A DNA stretch of 10,082 bases. Origin: a virus. Its lineage: Duplodnaviria; Heunggongvirae; Uroviricota; Caudoviricetes. The notes under the pieces are model-generated. The model had not been told where the DNA came from. It made no database searches and saw only the letters and a list, made by a program, of their open reading frames with translations. Where the stretch lies: the IMG/VR virus record IMGVR_UViG_2778261087_000010; one strand, 5' to 3'. This document shows positions 1 through 7,317 of the stretch, one piece after another; positions within the stretch are counted from its first letter, which is position 1; each line of letters begins with the position of its first letter. The position numbers were made by a program, and so were the translations under genes.

Positions 1-432
1 TCACTCTCCTTTGATGCGAATGTTTACAGCCTGACAAGCCTCTTCGAGAACCCAGTCAACAGCGTCTTTCCATGCTCCGGTTTCGGCTGGCGGATTCTCA
101 CTCTTTACCAGTTCATAGAAACGCACTGCGTTTACCAGTCCTCTTGGTACTGCTGGCGCTGGCGGCTCTCGATACATAGGGATAACACGTCGCGGGTCCG
201 CGTATTTATCTGGCGGACACTGAAATATCTCACCGAAACCATACTGCTTGACATCACGCAGTTCCTCATCATCAGTCCATGCAACAGGTTTCGCTTCCAG
301 CGATGTGAGTGCGATTTTCAGTGCGATTAACATATTGTGATCGTTTTCATCAAGGCCAAACGGGATGTCTTCACGACACGATTCAAGGTCTGCAATTTTG
401 CGTTGTAACCATTTTTTGGGGATAGTTGCCAT
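1..432 (-). CDS. Hypothetical protein (143 aa), last gene of the parM-parR gene train
   Basis: Complete ORF: ATG at 430-432 (minus), stop TGA at 1-3. Strong SD-like AGGAGAGGAG 5' of the start in the 19-bp gap after the parR-like stop. No motif I recognise. Confidence 0.55.
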   Translation of the reverse strand: MATIPKKWLQRKIADLESCREDIPFGLDENDHNMLIALKIALTSLEAKPVAWTDDEELRDVKQYGFGEIFQCPPDKYADPRRVIPMYREPPAPAVPRGLVNAVRFYELVKSENPPAETGAWKDAVDWVLEEACQAVNIRIKGE

Positions 433-451
433 AGATGCTCCTCTCCTGTTT

Positions 452-766
452 TCACTCTGGGAAAAATGACTGAATGTTCTTTCTTATCTCGCTAGTGCTG
501 TGATTGCTTCCGGTGGCAGGTGCGCTGGCATATTTACTCTGAATATTATTCTTGGCTGGCGCAGCTCCTTCTTCCGGCCATTCGGCCAACCAATAGGCAA
601 ATGCAGGATCGCGTTTTATGAGTGCCAGCCCGGCCAGAAAGGCCGCGCGTTGCGCGCGGCTGCGTTCAGAGGCTGGCAGGCTGTCGAGGTAATTACACGC
701 CTCCCGTTCACTATTGACGGCGACTGGCTTCAGATAGAAACTTATCCGTCTGGTTGGTGTCGTCAT
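452..766 (-). CDS. parR: ParR/StbB-like ribbon-helix-helix centromere-binding protein (104 aa)
   Basis: Internal ATG at 764-766 preceded by AGGAG; the parM stop TAA (771-773) lies inside this RBS. Translation (RRISFYLKP...EREACNYLDSLPASERSRAQRAAFLAGLALIKRDP) matches, from memory, plasmid R1 ParR (RTIAFKLNP...LDSIPQGERSRLNRAALTAGLALYRQDP). The 149-aa ORF in the track (452-901) would overlap parM by 130 nt and is rejected. Confidence 0.75.
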   Translation of the reverse strand: MTTPTRRISFYLKPVAVNSEREACNYLDSLPASERSRAQRAAFLAGLALIKRDPAFAYWLAEWPEEGAAPAKNNIQSKYASAPATGSNHSTSEIRKNIQSFFPE

Positions 767-770
767 TGGT

Positions 771-1730
771 TTACTCCTTGTCCATTGCGTACAGCCCATT
801 AACCAGAGCAAACTGTGGCACCCCGTCCGCGATGAAAGTCGCATTAACTCCGCAGGCTTCGCGGATAGCGGGTGCCACAATCTCCGCCCCACCACCGACA
901 ACCATCACCCGCCCGTAACCCGAAAAACCCGCCAGCGCGCGGATCACGCGTTGTTTCAGTGTTTCTTCCTTTTCACGAATAACCGCCATCAGGCTGGCGT
1001 AATGCGCGTCATTGTGGATGTGCTGGCGCAGCCAGGCTTCATCATGGCGATGTTCGATAATGGTATTGGCGATGTGGTGACTGGTGCGCATACCGTTAGT
1101 GGCCATCACCGACAGTACGGCATCGGCCATCAGAGAAACGCCTACGTGTGGATCGCAAAACACCTGGCTGATACCTGCCAGTTGCCCCTGAACCTTTGCC
1201 ACATCCAGCGTGGTTCCGCCCAAATCCACAATCAGCAGGGATTCAAACGGACTCATGTCAGCCAGTGCCTTAAAGCCAGCCGGAATGGATTCAGGCATAA
1301 CCCGTACGTTACGGATAGTGAATGCTTCGCCGTTCTGGTACTCCACCGGGCGCATAACGTTCGCTTTTTTGCGGTTGATGTTGGTCATGTCCGGCTGTGC
1401 GTTTGTGTCGAAATACTCGCTCAGTGGCAGGGTGACAACCACATCCACCTCCTGTGGCGTGATGCCTGATTTGACCAGCGCGTGATGAATGGCAATGACA
1501 TTCACATCGCTGTACTGGTATTGCGTGTCGGTCGTCTGGACAAAGCGATCGCTGACCGGATCAAAACCATAGCGCACGCCATCAAGCATGTAGTTTGCGG
1601 GCTGCGTGCCACCGAACGGCGCAGACCATTCCGACTTGAAGCTGTTCGGGCTGATGGCGTTGCGGCGTTCGCCGTTCTCAGTCCATGCCAGCTTGATGTT
1701 GGTGGAGCCGTCATCGATACAAATTTTCAT
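771..1730 (-). CDS. parM: ParM/StbA actin-like plasmid segregation ATPase (319 aa)
   Basis: N-terminus MKICIDDGSTNIKLAW plus blocks ISPNSFK, QYSDVNV.AIHHAL, RPVEYQNGEAFTIRNVRVMPESIPAG, LLIVDLGGTTLD and MVVGGGAE align by eye with R1 ParM. RBS AAGGAAAAG upstream of the ATG at 1728-1730. Confidence 0.9.
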   Translation of the reverse strand: MKICIDDGSTNIKLAWTENGERRNAISPNSFKSEWSAPFGGTQPANYMLDGVRYGFDPVSDRFVQTTDTQYQYSDVNVIAIHHALVKSGITPQEVDVVVTLPLSEYFDTNAQPDMTNINRKKANVMRPVEYQNGEAFTIRNVRVMPESIPAGFKALADMSPFESLLIVDLGGTTLDVAKVQGQLAGISQVFCDPHVGVSLMADAVLSVMATNGMRTSHHIANTIIEHRHDEAWLRQHIHNDAHYASLMAVIREKEETLKQRVIRALAGFSGYGRVMVVGGGAEIVAPAIREACGVNATFIADGVPQFALVNGLYAMDKE

Positions 1731-1759
1731 GTCGCTTTTCCTTATGTTGATTAATTAAT

Positions 1760-1870
1760 CGTTTACGGGATTCTGAAATCCCGTTTTTGCCTGTTTTATG
1801 CGCGCTTCATATATCGCGGCGCGTTTTTTGCTCATTTACGGGATTTGTGAATCCCGTTTCTGTCTGTTTT
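1760..1870. promoter_or_regulatory. Candidate parC-like centromere / parM promoter region with two direct copies of a hairpin repeat
   Basis: ACGGGATT-ctga-AATCCCGT at 1765-1784 and ACGGGATT-tgtg-AATCCCGT at 1838-1857, each in the context TTTACGGGATT...AATCCCGTTT followed by a T-run, 73 bp apart. The first lies between the gpA stop and parM start; the second overlaps the last ~20 codons of gpA. Confidence 0.4.
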
Positions 1871-4647
1871 TTGTTTCCACTGGTCAGGCCACCCCGCAGC
1901 AGGTCTGCTTTGCGGCGGGCGCGTTCAGTGGTTTCACTGATTCTCTGTGCGTGCTCTGCGTCGCGGATGGCGCGCAGCATGTCAGAAAGCACGGTAACGG
2001 GTGTTTTCATGGTGTTCTGGTCCTGCTGAAGTGTGGATGCCAGGCGTGCGGCGGCTTCGGGGTCTGATGCCCCCAGCTGTTCCAGATAGCTGGCGACCGG
2101 GTTATGGCGGATCTCCGTGCTGCTTACGCCGTGGTTACGGCTCAGGCGCTGCCAGAGCTGCGTGATCCGGCTGTCCGGGCGGGTATCCGGTTTGCGTACA
2201 ATTTCAAATCCCTGCGGTGCAATGATGCTGCCGTCAACGTACAGACTGCCGCCCCGTAACAGGTGCTGCATCTGCTGTTCACCAATATGCAGGCCGAGAG
2301 ATTCAGCAGACTCCCGCCATTCTTTAGCGAGTAATTCGTGGTTATCAGGCAAAGGCCGCTGCTGTTTGCGGCTCTGTGTCCAGCTCTGCATTTCATCACT
2401 GCTGTTTTTTGCCTGTTTGTCACGAAGCGAACGCATCAGCGCCCGGCGTTCGTGCCGTTTCAGTGAGCGCATCCATTCGTTCACTTCAACGCCGTCAGGG
2501 AGCTGCGGCCACGGTGCTGGCCGTTCTTCCGGCTGTTCTGTCCCGTTGTTGTCCGTTTCCTGTACACGGGGACAGTTATTGCCACGAGTCCAAGGGGCGG
2601 CAGGGCCGCCCTGAAGGTCAAAACCATTTTCGTGGGCGCTGCCTTCCTGTTCCGGTTTACGTCTTACCAGCTTCCAGTTATCCGGGTGCGTGCACACACG
2701 GGAGGATTCCCCGATGAGTGGTGACCAGATCCCGTAAATCTGTACACTCTGTTCGCCGTAATCGTTCAGCTCATCGGCGAGGTCGTAGGCGGTGCGAATC
2801 AGGTAGTCTTTGCGTGGAACAAGTACGCCGCCCTGTTTCTCTATGTAGGTGGCAAAACATCCGGCATCAGCGGCAGCGAGTACCGCATCCATTGCGTCAT
2901 CCTTCAGCCGTTGCGGGCCTTCCGGGTTGCGTGCCATCTGGCTGGCAAGGCGGCGGAGTTCACGCCACACCTGACGGGAGGGGATGCCAAAGAACTGGAA
3001 CTGGCGGACCCGGTGAAGGCGTGCCCAACCGATGGCGCGCTCCACGCTCTCGGCCATTGATTTTCCGGTTTCGTGGTCAACGCGTGGTTTGCCCGTTTTC
3101 GGGTCGATGCCATCCACGGCGCGGCTGTCCAGGTTTTTCCCGATGTAGGTCGCGATATAGCTGGTTGGTGTGCCTTTTGAGCCGTCGACATACTCCACTT
3201 TAAAGCGCGGAGTAATATCATTGCCCAGCTCGTGGCGGTCTTCCTGAATGGCAATATCGCGGGTGATGGCCACGATGCTGTCGATTTCTTCCGGATGAGC
3301 AAAGACCATCATATGCCAGTGCACGGTGCCGTCATGGTGAGGCTCCACCGTGCGGATGCCATACCAGCGCAGGCCGTCGCGGTTCAGTTTTTTGCGGACC
3401 GCCGCAAAAAACGTGTTAACCAGGTAATCGCTGGAGTCGCGCATGGTGGCCCCGTTCCATTTGGGGTTCGGATGACCGTTCTCCGTTGTTGCGTGGTATT
3501 TTGACGGGCAGGTGACAGTCAGAAACACCGCTCTGTCGCCACGGGCTTCGGCCAGAAGTTCCAGTCCCTTCATGGTGGCCATCATTTCTGCCTTACGGTG
3601 AACCGGGTTACTTACTCCCGCGTAATACACTGTCTCGAGATCAATCGTGAACCCGTCTTCGTTTTCCAGCATGAAACTTTTCAGGAAATCGCGTGTTTTC
3701 TCGCGCTGTGCGCGAAACTCGCTTAACGCGTCCTGGCTCAGATAGGGCGATGTTTTTCTGGAAACCAGACAGGCGGCGCGGAGTTGTTCTTCTCTCCACT
3801 CGCAACGTAACAGCCACAGTTTGCGTTTCCACCATTCCGCACAGGTCAGGCGAAGGATTGCGCCCGGCAGCAGCTCCGTGTCCGGTTCGTTCCTCCGGTC
3901 TTTATCTGTTGTCAGTGCGTCATAATGTGGAGGCATGATGTGCAGGTGTAACGCCATGCGGGCCAGCATCTGATACGCCTTCAGCGTTACATCCATGGTC
4001 AGTTCGCCATCGGTCGCGCCAAAGCCATCGCAGAGTTTTTCGAAGGTGCTGCTGAACATCGCCGCCGTCATGGTGGCCAGCGTCTGTATCTGGTGTTTGT
4101 TGAGCTGCGGCAGGTAAAGCAAATCGTCCAGGCGTTCGCGTCCGGCAAGGGAGCGATAACCCGGTGTCAGCCAGCGTCCGTCAGTGCGATCCAGACGTTC
4201 GAATATTTTGCGCAGGGTTCCGCGTGCATAGCGTTCCGCCTGCCAGCTCTTTTTGCCTTTCCGGCGATCAGCTTCCTGTTTTTTGCGCAGGAAGGAGAGG
4301 TGGCGACTCAGAGGTTCTCGCAGATAAACGGGAAGCGCCTTCAGTGTGGCAAAGGCACGGGCTACCGGGTCTTGTTCTGTTGCCCGGCGCTTACTGATGA
4401 TGCTCTGTGCCAGCTTTTCACGCTGTCCGGCTTCCTCAAGGGATGCCATGAGTTTTTTACCCATGGCGGATTGTGCGAAAAAGGCTTCTTCCTTCGCTTC
4501 CTGTTCTTCCTGTGCCCTTTTGTCCGCCTCAAGGTAGTAACGGATGGCGCGTTGCAGGTCGGTTTCAGTTTCCTGCCTGCGCTCCGTAAATCTGGCCGGA
4601 TCAATAGCTGGTCGTGGTTCATTCCAGCTCCATGCAAACGCACTCAT
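1807..4647 (-). CDS. Rolling-circle replication initiator, phage P2 gene A (GpA) family HUH endonuclease (946 aa)
   Basis: HUH motif in GTVHWHMMVFAHPE and paired catalytic tyrosines in TPTSYIATYIGKN (Y-x3-Y), the arrangement of the P2 A / phiX174 gpA family. Start taken as ATG 4645-4647, which overlaps the upstream ORF stop as ATGA; the GTG at 4672-4674 used by the track has no SD. Confidence 0.88.
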   Translation of the reverse strand: MSAFAWSWNEPRPAIDPARFTERRQETETDLQRAIRYYLEADKRAQEEQEAKEEAFFAQSAMGKKLMASLEEAGQREKLAQSIISKRRATEQDPVARAFATLKALPVYLREPLSRHLSFLRKKQEADRRKGKKSWQAERYARGTLRKIFERLDRTDGRWLTPGYRSLAGRERLDDLLYLPQLNKHQIQTLATMTAAMFSSTFEKLCDGFGATDGELTMDVTLKAYQMLARMALHLHIMPPHYDALTTDKDRRNEPDTELLPGAILRLTCAEWWKRKLWLLRCEWREEQLRAACLVSRKTSPYLSQDALSEFRAQREKTRDFLKSFMLENEDGFTIDLETVYYAGVSNPVHRKAEMMATMKGLELLAEARGDRAVFLTVTCPSKYHATTENGHPNPKWNGATMRDSSDYLVNTFFAAVRKKLNRDGLRWYGIRTVEPHHDGTVHWHMMVFAHPEEIDSIVAITRDIAIQEDRHELGNDITPRFKVEYVDGSKGTPTSYIATYIGKNLDSRAVDGIDPKTGKPRVDHETGKSMAESVERAIGWARLHRVRQFQFFGIPSRQVWRELRRLASQMARNPEGPQRLKDDAMDAVLAAADAGCFATYIEKQGGVLVPRKDYLIRTAYDLADELNDYGEQSVQIYGIWSPLIGESSRVCTHPDNWKLVRRKPEQEGSAHENGFDLQGGPAAPWTRGNNCPRVQETDNNGTEQPEERPAPWPQLPDGVEVNEWMRSLKRHERRALMRSLRDKQAKNSSDEMQSWTQSRKQQRPLPDNHELLAKEWRESAESLGLHIGEQQMQHLLRGGSLYVDGSIIAPQGFEIVRKPDTRPDSRITQLWQRLSRNHGVSSTEIRHNPVASYLEQLGASDPEAAARLASTLQQDQNTMKTPVTVLSDMLRAIRDAEHAQRISETTERARRKADLLRGGLTSGNKKQTETGFTNPVNEQKTRRDI

Positions 4648-5033
4648 GGCTGGTATCCCGTCACGCGCTGCCACTCCTGCGAGAAGAGGGCGGAAAGGCG
4701 GTTAAATTCAGCGGTGTATTCACTCAGCGAGGCACACCCGCCAGCAGTGCGATGCGCCAGCATTGCTGCAAATACGGAGGCCGGGGAGTCGTAATACGCC
4801 AGCAGTGATTCGCCGTGCGGTGTCAGGCAGTGCAACGCCAGTCCGTGTGGTGTGAAGTCCACGCGGTAGCAGTCGTCTACTGTGAAATAAAGGGTGTCTG
4901 CATTCTCCGGTTTTGTGGTGCGTGCTCTGTTGTCACGACCACGGATGTAGAGATCAAATAACCCCTGAAGAACGGGAGCCAGACGGGTGTCCTGTGTGCG
5001 CACCCATCTTGTGAAGTCATGAGTGTCAATCAT
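4644..5033 (-). CDS. Hypothetical protein (129 aa), translationally coupled to the replication initiator
   Basis: ORF with ATG at 5031-5033 and modest AGAGAA RBS; stop TGA 4644-4646 overlaps the gpA start. No recognised motif. Confidence 0.55.
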   Translation of the reverse strand: MIDTHDFTRWVRTQDTRLAPVLQGLFDLYIRGRDNRARTTKPENADTLYFTVDDCYRVDFTPHGLALHCLTPHGESLLAYYDSPASVFAAMLAHRTAGGCASLSEYTAEFNRLSALFSQEWQRVTGYQP

Positions 5034-5105
5034 GCTGCAATTCTCTTTACTACAGATGTGCGAAGGCCTCCCGCCGCAAGGTGCAGGAAAGGCCCGGAAC
5101 AGGAA

Positions 5106-5336
5106 TTAATGGAGTTTGTTTTGCTGCTGGATGAGCTGCTGAAGCTCGCGCAGATCATCCGCCAGATAGCTGAAAACAGCGGATGAATAGAGGTTTGAAA
5201 GTTCGCAGCTACGCTCATGCAGCATATTGATGTGCATGATTTTAGCGACGCGGAATGCGCGGGAAAGTCTGCGGTTGATTTCAGTCTGGATGTGACGACA
5301 CGCAGCGTATGCGCGGTGCTGTTTGCGGTTTGCCAT
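5106..5336 (-). CDS. Hypothetical small basic protein (76 aa)
   Basis: ATG 5334-5336 with good RBS AAAGAGG about 8 nt upstream; first gene after the terminator and the 19-bp palindrome. No zinc-finger Cys pattern, so not called Ogr-like. Confidence 0.5.
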   Translation of the reverse strand: MANRKQHRAYAACRHIQTEINRRLSRAFRVAKIMHINMLHERSCELSNLYSSAVFSYLADDLRELQQLIQQQNKLH

Positions 5337-5354
5337 GGTGTGGCCTCTTTGGTT

Positions 5355-5373
5355 GTAAGTTTTGAAAACTTAC
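5355..5373. promoter_or_regulatory. Perfect 19-bp palindrome (9-1-9), candidate operator upstream of the 5106-5336 gene
   Basis: GTAAGTTTT-G-AAAACTTAC read directly from the sequence, about 20 nt upstream of the RBS of the 76-aa ORF. It does not fit the LexA box pattern CTGT-N8-ACAG. Confidence 0.4.
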
Positions 5374-5514
5374 CATCCAGAGGTTCCAAGCTCGGGGTGG
5401 TGAGACGTACAGGGTTGGAACTACCGGCAACCAAAGAACCCGGCCCGACCGAAGTCGGCCCCATACGCCCCACCATAATTCGTGTGCGAAAAAGACGTGG
5501 CGATACGGTACGCA

Positions 5515-5536
5515 CAAAAAAACCGCTGGCGCGGTT
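5515..5536 (-). terminator. Candidate rho-independent terminator closing the upstream small-gene block
   Basis: Minus strand reads AACCGC-GCCA-GCGGTT followed by TTTTT (6-bp stem, 4-nt loop, T-run), about 120 nt after the stop of the 5659-5958 gene. Confidence 0.5.
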
Positions 5537-5658
5537 GTGCGCTTTGGTTGTCAGCGGGGTTCCAATCCCGGCACCCGTTTTATGAGGTGCAGCGGAAATG
5601 TAACCTGACTGATTGCGGCATGGCAAGCGGTTTTTTTGTGTGTGCATGCTCTGGTTTC

Positions 5659-5958
5659 TTACTGGTTCAGAAAAAAATCAAAAACCTTGTCAATGCGTTG
5701 CAGCAGCTCTTGCTGTATTGCTTCCGGCGTTTCCGGTTCACCAGGTGCCCCCAGCGTTGCGCAGAAATCAGCGATTTCATGATGGAGCGTCAGGCGAATG
5801 GCAGGAGCCGTGGTTCTGGCGTGCTCCAGCTCATCCAGCAATGCCAGCACAGCAGACGGCGAGAGCATTGCGCGAAATGCCAGTAATTTTTGAGGCGTTG
5901 CCATTCGTTGCAGGGCAAATGCCAGTTCGCGTAGCTTCTGGTGGTTGATGGTGCTCAT
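5659..5958 (-). CDS. Hypothetical protein (99 aa)
   Basis: ORF with ATG 5956-5958 overlapping the upstream stop (ATGA); stop TAA 5659-5661; followed by the terminator. No recognised motif. Confidence 0.55.
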   Translation of the reverse strand: MSTINHQKLRELAFALQRMATPQKLLAFRAMLSPSAVLALLDELEHARTTAPAIRLTLHHEIADFCATLGAPGEPETPEAIQQELLQRIDKVFDFFLNQ

Positions 5959-6221
5959 GTTCTGGCTTCCTTCAGTAGCTGGTTAAACATGTGAGTAAGT
6001 GGATTGCTACACCCGAACGGCATCGGGTTTACGTGGTAAGAAGCCTGGCCTCCAGTTTTGCGAGCGCGACCACCTGTGCTGCGGTTTGTTCTGATGACTA
6101 AGCCGCCGCGCCAAAGTTGGCGTAACTCAGCATTAATGGCTGTGGTTGGAGTATTCAGTGCTGCGGCGATCTCTCCGCCGCTACACCCCGGATGAGTAGC
6201 GATGTAGTCCAGAATGGTCAT
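5955..6221 (-). CDS. Hypothetical protein (88 aa), possible winged-helix DNA-binding protein
   Basis: ATG 6219-6221 overlaps the upstream stop (ATGA). N-terminal MTILDYIATHPGCSGGEIAAALNTPTTAINAELRQLWRGGLV looks like a helix-turn-helix plus wing; the functional call is weak. Confidence 0.5.
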   Translation of the reverse strand: MTILDYIATHPGCSGGEIAAALNTPTTAINAELRQLWRGGLVIRTNRSTGGRARKTGGQASYHVNPMPFGCSNPLTHMFNQLLKEART

Positions 6222-6421
6222 CTGCGTGGCTCCTGTACTTGTCGGATAAGATTCACCCGCGCCACGTTGGTGGCGCAGAAATAAGTGCCGTCAGTGAGGT
6301 AGATGTGGTGTGCATCCTTTTCCGAACGATGTTTGTCGATAGTGGTAATCAGGCGTTCGTCGACCTCGTATTCGCGCCCTCTGGAGGTAAAGCGAACGAC
6401 GGAAAAATGCTTAATTGCCAT
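6218..6421 (-). CDS. Hypothetical protein (67 aa)
   Basis: ATG 6419-6421 with RBS AAGGGGG 5 nt upstream; stop overlaps the next start (ATGA). Confidence 0.5.
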   Translation of the reverse strand: MAIKHFSVVRFTSRGREYEVDERLITTIDKHRSEKDAHHIYLTDGTYFCATNVARVNLIRQVQEPRR

Positions 6422-6444
6422 TGCGCCCCCTTTGTCCAGTACCC

Positions 6445-6861
6445 CTATGCGTTAAATACGGCACGTTGCGCGTCATCAATGAATACAGCTTGAGAGCGTT
6501 CTATCAGGCGGAGATTTGTCAGAAGCTCTGACTCTTTTGTGTGGTAAGGCGTTATCAGGTATTTGCCGTGCAGTTCGGCAATAATGGTGTATTGCAGCAT
6601 CATTGCTGAACCAAGAATATAAATGCAGCGTCCAATGCTGGACGGATTCATGGCTGCAACTGTTGACTGTGTTTTAAGAGTGTCGATTTCTTTGCTCTGT
6701 TCCTCAATAATTTTGGCTGCGTCAGCGGTGATTTTTGCAATGGTCAGTGCGTGAAGTGCTGCCATATGTTGGCTACGCTTCACGGCATCTTTAGCCATTT
6801 CATCTTCCGCTTCTGATATTTTTTTTAATGTGTCGATAATGCCTTCTTCTTTTGCGTTCAT
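6445..6861 (-). CDS. Hypothetical protein (138 aa), AT-rich cargo gene
   Basis: ATG 6859-6861 with GGAG about 8 nt upstream. Sampled 60-nt windows are ~38% GC here versus ~63% inside gpA. Predicted helical N-terminus and a hydrophobic stretch IGRCIYILGSAMMLQYTIIAEL. Confidence 0.55.
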   Translation of the reverse strand: MNAKEEGIIDTLKKISEAEDEMAKDAVKRSQHMAALHALTIAKITADAAKIIEEQSKEIDTLKTQSTVAAMNPSSIGRCIYILGSAMMLQYTIIAELHGKYLITPYHTKESELLTNLRLIERSQAVFIDDAQRAVFNA

Positions 6862-6953
6862 TTTATATCTCCGTTATTTACATGTGCGAATACCTCCGCG
6901 AATGCGGATAGTTTTCAGGTTTTCGGGTTTAATCTGGTGTTTTGTTTAAGCTG

Positions 6954-7067
6954 TTATTCGTCAGTGAAAAAGCGTTCAATCTTTTTTACTGAATGAATAA
7001 TTCGCATAATCCCAATGGCGCAGGCCACCGAAATAATCAGAACAAGCCATGAGATAAATATACTCAT
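6954..7067 (-). CDS. Small single-helix membrane peptide (37 aa), not in the supplied ORF track
   Basis: Hand translation of the minus strand gives MSIFISWLVLIISVACAIGIMRIIHSVKKIERFFTDE, stop TAA 6954-6956. Its ATG 7065-7067 overlaps the stop TGA 7064-7066 of the upstream gene (ATGA). Hydrophobic core with a charged tail. Confidence 0.4.
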   Translation of the reverse strand: MSIFISWLVLIISVACAIGIMRIIHSVKKIERFFTDE

Positions 7068-7306
7068 GCGATATTCCCCAGCTTATACGGTTCAATATGT
7101 TCCCCGCATTCTGCGGCACAGATCAGCTCGGAAAGTTCGTTAAGTGCATCCAGATCATCAGCGTAAAAAGCGACGTCATACAAACTCCGGATTGCCCTGG
7201 TCAATGAGTCACGGGCTGCACGTTCAGCATGAGCGCCTGATGCACTTAAGCGAAAATAAAATCGTTCAAGTGCTTTGTTAATGAGAGTTTTATATTCTTT
7301 GCCCAT
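7064..7306 (-). CDS. Hypothetical protein (80 aa)
   Basis: Internal ATG 7304-7306 (MGKEYKTLINKALERF...) with AAGGG upstream; the longer track ORF from 7357 would overlap the preceding gene. Confidence 0.5.
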   Translation of the reverse strand: MGKEYKTLINKALERFYFRLSASGAHAERAARDSLTRAIRSLYDVAFYADDLDALNELSELICAAECGEHIEPYKLGNIA

Positions 7307-7317
7307 CGCAGCGCCCT

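Noticed and set aside
452-901. 149-aa minus-strand ORF as given in the track
   Set aside because: Its first 45 codons overlap the 3' end of parM in another frame. The internal ATG at 764-766 has its own AGGAG and gives a ParR-like protein, so the N-terminal extension is treated as an artefact of ORF calling.
500-1754. Plus-strand ORFs antisense to parM and parR (500-802, 951-1469, 1210-1485, 1482-1754)
   Set aside because: Same reasoning: antisense shadows of well-supported genes.
1765-1857. Calling the two ACGGGATT hairpins terminators
   Set aside because: Their T-runs are on the plus strand, antisense to all flanking genes, and on the minus strand they are followed by A-rich sequence. They are reported as candidate centromere or regulatory repeats instead.
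1807-4674. GTG start at 4672-4674 for the replicase
   Set aside because: No SD upstream, and the ATG at 4645-4647 forms an ATGA overlap with the preceding stop; the difference is only 9 codons.
2117-4794. Plus-strand ORFs of 60-230 aa antisense to gpA (e.g. 2117-2614, 2718-3203, 4093-4794)
   Set aside because: They lie wholly inside a long, motif-supported minus-strand gene in GC-rich sequence where stop codons are rare in all frames. Their translations are Arg/Cys/Ser-rich and low-complexity and have no RBS support.
5034-5105. GGCCT...AGGCC hairpin between the 76-aa and 129-aa genes as a terminator
   Set aside because: It has a 5-bp stem with a 20-nt loop and no following T-run on the minus strand.
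5556-5569. Possible tRNA gene or tRNA 3' fragment suggested by the GGTTCCAATCC T-loop-like motif
   Set aside because: I could not build a convincing T-stem of more than 3 bp or any acceptor, D or anticodon arm around it. It is kept only as a note within the non-coding gap finding.
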